A program made the position numbers and the translations under genes. Below are positions 28,103-32,000 of a DNA stretch of 32,000 bases, one piece after another (position 1 is the stretch's first letter; every line of letters starts with the position of its first letter). This stretch comes from Microcystis aeruginosa NIES-843. GTDB lineage: Bacteria > Cyanobacteriota > Cyanobacteriia > Cyanobacteriales > Microcystaceae. The notes below the pieces were generated by a model, which did no database searches, was not told where the DNA came from, and was given only the letters and a program-made list of their open reading frames with translations. The DNA is taken from NCBI RefSeq assembly GCF_000010625.1, contig NC_010296.1, positions 1,740,001 to 1,772,000 of the forward strand, read 5' to 3'.

Positions 28103-30336
28103 TGATTACTGTTGACTAACTCCTGCTTAATCACTCTAGAATTTTGATGGGTAAGGGGTAAACTAAACCAAAACTGTGAGCCAACCCGCGGGGTACTTTT
28201 TACCCCAATTCTCCCAGAGTGAGCCTCGATTATTTGCCGACATTGGTAGGAACCTAAACCGATTCCCGTTAGGTGTTGATTATGAAGATTTCTTACATAT
28301 AAATGGAAAAGATGTTGACATTGTTCCTCATCCATGCCAATGCCATTATCGCTTAAAGTGCAGTAGAGCATATCTTGGTCAATACGAGCATCTAAAGCTA
28401 ATTGAATCGGTGAAGGGTTATGTTTTAAGGCATTATTTAATAATTGTTCAAAAACACTTCTTAGCTGACAAGGATCGGCATCAATAGCGGGTAAGTCATC
28501 GGGGAGAAGATTAATAAAAGTAGCTTGGTATAAATCAAAATCTTTTTGCCAATCTTTGAGCCAAATTTCCACCTGTTCTTTTAAAGACAGAGGTTGACGA
28601 TGCAAGATTAAAGGCCGTTCTTCAGCAAAATGATTTTCTGATAAAGCATTAATTAAAGTTAATTGTCGATCGCAACTACGCACCACCTGATCGAGCATTG
28701 CTCGCGAGATAGTTACTTTTTCTGTTTGCCGACACTGTAAATTTTTTAATAACATCACTAATCCCATAATCGAAGTGCGAAGATCGTGGGATACTGCCTG
28801 TAAAAAAACCGTTTTCATTTCGCATAAACGCTGAATTTCCCGGACTTTTTCCCGTAGTTCCAGGGTTCTTGCTGCCACTTCCCGTTCTAAATTATTATTC
28901 AAGCTTTGCACCCTCTGATATAGTTGCGCTTGGCCGATAGCGATACAAACTTGGGTGGCTAACTGTTCTAGTAATTTGACCTCGCTTTTTTGCCAATGAC
29001 GAGGATGGGAATATTGATGGACAACTAAAGCGCCTAAATGTTGATTATTAACCGTTAGAGGTAAAACTAAAGAGGATTTAACTTGCAGATATTCGTAATA
29101 ACCCTTGAGAGTCGGCAGAGTTTGCACCTTAGCGGTATTATCAGCAATAATTAACTTATCTAAAGAAAATAATTGTCCCAATTCTTCCAGTAATTCTGGT
29201 TCGGGAAACCAACCCATCAGTGAGGGAATCTCGGGACGACGGGACTCAGCGATTACCTTAGACCACCCCCGCTCTTGACAGTGACCGATATAGACTTGAT
29301 CGGCATCGAGAAAATTTCTGATTTCCTCAACAATGGTATTTAAAACCTGATCTATATCTAAAGATTGATGGACTTTTAAAGCAACTTGTGTTACTAAATG
29401 TTCTCTTTCTAAAGTTTCATTTAAAGCTCGATCGATCTGTTGTCTTTCGCTAATCGCCGCCGATAAAAACAGAGAAGTTGACATGACAATGACTAAAAAG
29501 ATTTGTAAGATCAAGACACCTCTGGTATAATCGGGAGCCTGTAGGATAAAAGGGCTGATTCCCCTAGCCAATCCCATCAAAGCTAAAATAGATACTAAAA
29601 AATTCGCTATTACCGCTCCCCAAGTCTGAAAACGCATGGCGGCCCAAACCACAAAAGGAAAAGGCAGATATTCGAGGTACTGCACCATACTCCAATCGGG
29701 GTTAAGAAAATTTGGTTGATCACCAAAAACCACGGAAGTCACCACCGTTAGCAAACTCAGACAAAGTAAGGCCTCGCCAAGGCGTTGGGGTTGCCGTGGT
29801 TCTCGCAGGGAGTGATGATTGAAGAAAAAACGCAACAGCAGCGGCGTGGTCATTAATATTCCCGTACTATCTCCGAGCCAGATCATGCCCCAAGACTGTC
29901 CAAATTGCCGCCAATCCCAAGTATTTAGCCAACTACGGGCAAAAGTATCGATAGTGGCATTGACTGCCGAGGCTAATAAAGCCGCTAAAAATACCAGTAA
30001 AAGGATATCGCGAATGCGCTGTAAAGTGGCGGAAAATCTCAGATAATGCAAGAATTGCGCCCCTAACAGAGCCGATAAACTGCTACCGATCGCCGAAAAT
30101 AGAGCTATGGGCCAACTGGCCGCTAAAAAGAAGGTCAGAAGCAAATCCCCGATAAAAACGCCTAAAACTAGCCTTTTTCCCCCTAAAAAAACAGCAGTTA
30201 AGCCAATACCAGCACTCATCCAAATTGGGGCAGGTCGCGACCCTAAATTTAAGCAGAGATAGCCTAGCCAACCAACACCCAGATAAACTAGGGCAACAAG
30301 CAGAATTTTAGACCGATCTGATGAAATCCGTAGCAT
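28099..30336 (-). CDS. Sensor histidine kinase: MASE1-like membrane domain - GAF - HisKA - HATPase_c
   Basis: About 290 aa of 8 TM helices with MASE1-like spacing. GAF-like LNTIVEEIRNFLDADQVYIGH...LGALVVHQ. H-box FLQAVSHDLRTSIMG. N-box LLNNALKHN. G-boxes DNGIGM and GIGLGSYQCRQIIEAHSGRIGVKS. Confidence 0.88.
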   Translation of the reverse strand: MLRISSDRSKILLVALVYLGVGWLGYLCLNLGSRPAPIWMSAGIGLTAVFLGGKRLVLGVFIGDLLLTFFLAASWPIALFSAIGSSLSALLGAQFLHYLRFSATLQRIRDILLLVFLAALLASAVNATIDTFARSWLNTWDWRQFGQSWGMIWLGDSTGILMTTPLLLRFFFNHHSLREPRQPQRLGEALLCLSLLTVVTSVVFGDQPNFLNPDWSMVQYLEYLPFPFVVWAAMRFQTWGAVIANFLVSILALMGLARGISPFILQAPDYTRGVLILQIFLVIVMSTSLFLSAAISERQQIDRALNETLEREHLVTQVALKVHQSLDIDQVLNTIVEEIRNFLDADQVYIGHCQERGWSKVIAESRRPEIPSLMGWFPEPELLEELGQLFSLDKLIIADNTAKVQTLPTLKGYYEYLQVKSSLVLPLTVNNQHLGALVVHQYSHPRHWQKSEVKLLEQLATQVCIAIGQAQLYQRVQSLNNNLEREVAARTLELREKVREIQRLCEMKTVFLQAVSHDLRTSIMGLVMLLKNLQCRQTEKVTISRAMLDQVVRSCDRQLTLINALSENHFAEERPLILHRQPLSLKEQVEIWLKDWQKDFDLYQATFINLLPDDLPAIDADPCQLRSVFEQLLNNALKHNPSPIQLALDARIDQDMLYCTLSDNGIGMDEEQCQHLFHLYVRNLHNQHLTGIGLGSYQCRQIIEAHSGRIGVKSTPRVGSQFWFSLPLTHQNSRVIKQELVNSNQ

Positions 30337-30339
30337 TTT

Positions 30340-30412
30340 CAGTTATCAGTTATCAGTTATCAGTTATCAGTTATCAGTTATCAGTTATCAGTTATCAGTT
30401 ATCAGTTATCAG
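30340..30412 (+). repeat. Perfect (CAGTTAT)x10 array plus partial unit
   Basis: Ten identical contiguous units beginning 4 nt upstream of the kinase start codon (30334-30336, minus strand). Confidence 0.95.
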
Positions 30413-30451
30413 GTTTAAGTTTTAAGTTATTAGGTTTAAGTTTTCAATTTT

Positions 30452-30638
30452 GGTTCTTCGGTTTTTGTTATGCAATGGACGGGGGTTATAAGGGATGGAA
30501 CCCTTATATAGAAAGGCATTTGGCGATTTTTGTCAATTATTTTTGCTCTAGAGCGAACTAATCAATTAAGTCTCTTGCCAGATAAGGATTTAGTCGATTT
30601 ATGCCCCCCTATCGAACCATACTAAGTAACGAAGAACC
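30452..30638. mobile_element. 187-bp MITE-A, second copy
   Basis: Same length as 23478-23664, differing at 8 positions by eye. 8-bp target duplication tcaatttt (30444-51 and 30639-46). Confidence 0.85.
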
Positions 30639-30665
30639 TCAATTTTCAATAAATTTAGTATCTTT

Positions 30666-30712
30666 CACTGGTCGCTGGTCACTGGTCACTGATCACTGGT
30701 CACTGGTCACTG
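30666..30712 (-). repeat. Heptamer array in opposite orientation (cactggt/cgctggt/cactgat, ~6.7 units)
   Basis: Read on the minus strand it gives cagtgac/cagtgat-type units. It is inverted relative to 30340-30412 and lies 93 bp upstream of the response-regulator start. Confidence 0.9.
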
Positions 30713-30804
30713 TTAATCTATTTCCAGATTGCCTAAACTAGGAGTAGTTCTGCCTCATGCAGATGGGTGAAAACCGTACATTTTCCCGTTAGGAATCAAA
30801 GATC

Positions 30805-31437
30805 ATGCGGATTTTAATTGTTGAAGACGATCCTTTAATGCAGTTAGGTTTAGAACAAGCGCTCGGTGAACAGCCAGATTTTGAGATCGTCGGTCAAGCT
30901 AGTGATGGTCTGGCGGGGGTACAATTAGCCCTATCCCTACGGCCAGATTTAGTGGTCATGGACATCGGTTTACCCCGTCTCGATGGCATTGCGGCAACTA
31001 AACAGATTAAGGAGGGTTTAGCTAATGTTCATGTGGTTATGCTCACTTCCCACACTCTGCAACAGGAAGTGATCGCAGCTCTGGCTAGTGGTGCTGATGC
31101 CTATTGTATCAAGGGAGCCAGTCTCGATCGCCTTTTGGCCGCCATTGAAGCGGCCAAGGATGGGGCCACCTATTTAGACCCCCAAATTGCCCGTTTAGTC
31201 ATGGATAATCTCAAACCGCCGGCAGTGCAACCTAATCCCAATCTAGCACTTTTATCAGAGCGAGAAATGGAGGTTTTAAAGTTAATTGTTGAGGGCAAAA
31301 GTAACGCTGAAATCGCCGAACAACTTTATTTAAGTACCAATACGATTAAAACCCATGTGCGGGGAATTATGAACAAATTAGCCGTTGATGACCGAGTACA
31401 AGCGGCGGTAATTGCCCTGCGTTCGGGTATTGTTTAA
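30805..31437 (+). CDS. NarL/FixJ (LuxR-type HTH) family response regulator
   Basis: Receiver domain (EDDP, phospho-acceptor in VVMDIGLP, T at LTSH, K at CIKGA). C-terminal LSEREMEVLKLIVEGKSNAEIAEQLYLSTNTIKTHVRGIMNKL. Confidence 0.9.
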   Translation: MRILIVEDDPLMQLGLEQALGEQPDFEIVGQASDGLAGVQLALSLRPDLVVMDIGLPRLDGIAATKQIKEGLANVHVVMLTSHTLQQEVIAALASGADAYCIKGASLDRLLAAIEAAKDGATYLDPQIARLVMDNLKPPAVQPNPNLALLSEREMEVLKLIVEGKSNAEIAEQLYLSTNTIKTHVRGIMNKLAVDDRVQAAVIALRSGIV

Positions 31438-31456
31438 GGGGAAAATGGCGATTTAC

Positions 31457-31999
31457 TTATCCCCTATTCGAGGCTTCTCTAATCACCTCTAAAACCTCTG
31501 AAGCATGGGAAATAGTCGGGACGTGACCGGATGCCAAAACCACTGTCTTTGCTCCCATTCTCTCGGCCAAATTAAACTGTAATTCTGGGGGTACGGCTTG
31601 ATCTTGACTAGAGACAATATACCAGTTTGGCTTATTTCTCCAGGCGGTTGTAGTGGTTTTTGCTGTTAGTAAAGAGGCGGCTGCTGGGGTTTGGGTGGCA
31701 TAAATTAAAGCGGCTTTTTCGGCGGGCAAATCATTGGCGAGAATCTTCTCTATTCCCTCTTGAGAAATCCAGATAAACCCCTCTTGTTCTTGAAAATACT
31801 GTGATGGGGTTTCGTATTCACTAAACAAATCTACCATCGACTCCCCCGCATCGGGAGCCAGCGCTGCAATGTAAACTAAACCGGACACTTTTTCATCGTT
31901 GCCGACTTCTGTGATTACCGTACCCCCCCAAGAATGACCGACTAGAATACATTGTCCTTCGATACGGTTTAAAATTCTTTTCGTAGCAGCTACGTCATC
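31457..31999 (-). CDS. Alpha/beta-hydrolase fold protein, 5' end beyond window
   Basis: The frame stays open upstream of the track's GTG to the window edge. It encodes ...CILVGHSWGGTVITE (GxSxG nucleophile elbow) and a C-terminal SGHVPTISH (catalytic His region). Confidence 0.75.
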   Translation of the reverse strand, partial: DDVAATKRILNRIEGQCILVGHSWGGTVITEVGNDEKVSGLVYIAALAPDAGESMVDLFSEYETPSQYFQEQEGFIWISQEGIEKILANDLPAEKAALIYATQTPAAASLLTAKTTTTAWRNKPNWYIVSSQDQAVPPELQFNLAERMGAKTVVLASGHVPTISHASEVLEVIREASNRG

Positions 32000-32000
32000 C

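Noticed and set aside
30340-30712. Possible CRISPR array, given the dense short repeats
   Set aside because: The repeat unit is only 7 bp and strictly tandem with no unique spacers of 25-40 bp, and there are no cas genes in the window. The same applies to the arrays at 5154-5275, 6296-6452 and 22795-22850.

Overview
Overall: this window looks like a cyanobacterial chromosome segment. HIP1 octamers (GCGATCGC) occur at e.g. 5954, 8113, 10827, 12319, 12661, 16054 and 21466. The sequence is moderately AT-rich and carries many CAGTNAN heptamer arrays and small MITEs. From memory this resembles Microcystis; that is an inference, and no search was run.

Housekeeping genes:
- glgX (5' partial) and a TVP38-family membrane protein.
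- A minus-strand plsX-fabH-fabD lipid operon with a terminator.
- A PBP4-type DD-peptidase.
- argC.
- A DUF389 membrane protein.
- purA-rplY.
- An LptF/G-type permease.
- An enolase-superfamily dipeptide epimerase tightly coupled to a DUF1611 protein.
- A zinc-finger-less DnaJ-type co-chaperone.
- A pentapeptide-repeat protein.
- A MASE1-GAF histidine kinase overlapping a GT-C-like polytopic membrane protein.
- A divergent NarL-type response regulator.
- A 5'-truncated alpha/beta hydrolase.

Accessory content:
- Two degenerate copies of one IS4/IS5-superfamily element (2774-3902 and 22899-24759). The second carries two nested MITE insertions.
- A third copy of one of those MITEs at 30452-30638.
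- A 101-bp micro-MITE inside a 96-bp structured tandem repeat.
- A solo tnpB pseudogene (IS200/IS605 family) with its right-end hairpin retained.
- A BrnT/CopG-type toxin-antitoxin pair.
- A perfect 53-bp inverted repeat pair bracketing 5.5 kb.

Not found: I saw no rRNA, tRNA or CRISPR array, and no convincing novel multi-gene (e.g. defence) system.

Most unusual signal: the organisation of the heptamer arrays. They occur as inverted pairs inside an essential operon, they supply stop codons at gene ends, and they fill the kinase/regulator promoter region. The layered transposon history is the other notable point, because it shows an already-dead IS was mobilised in trans.
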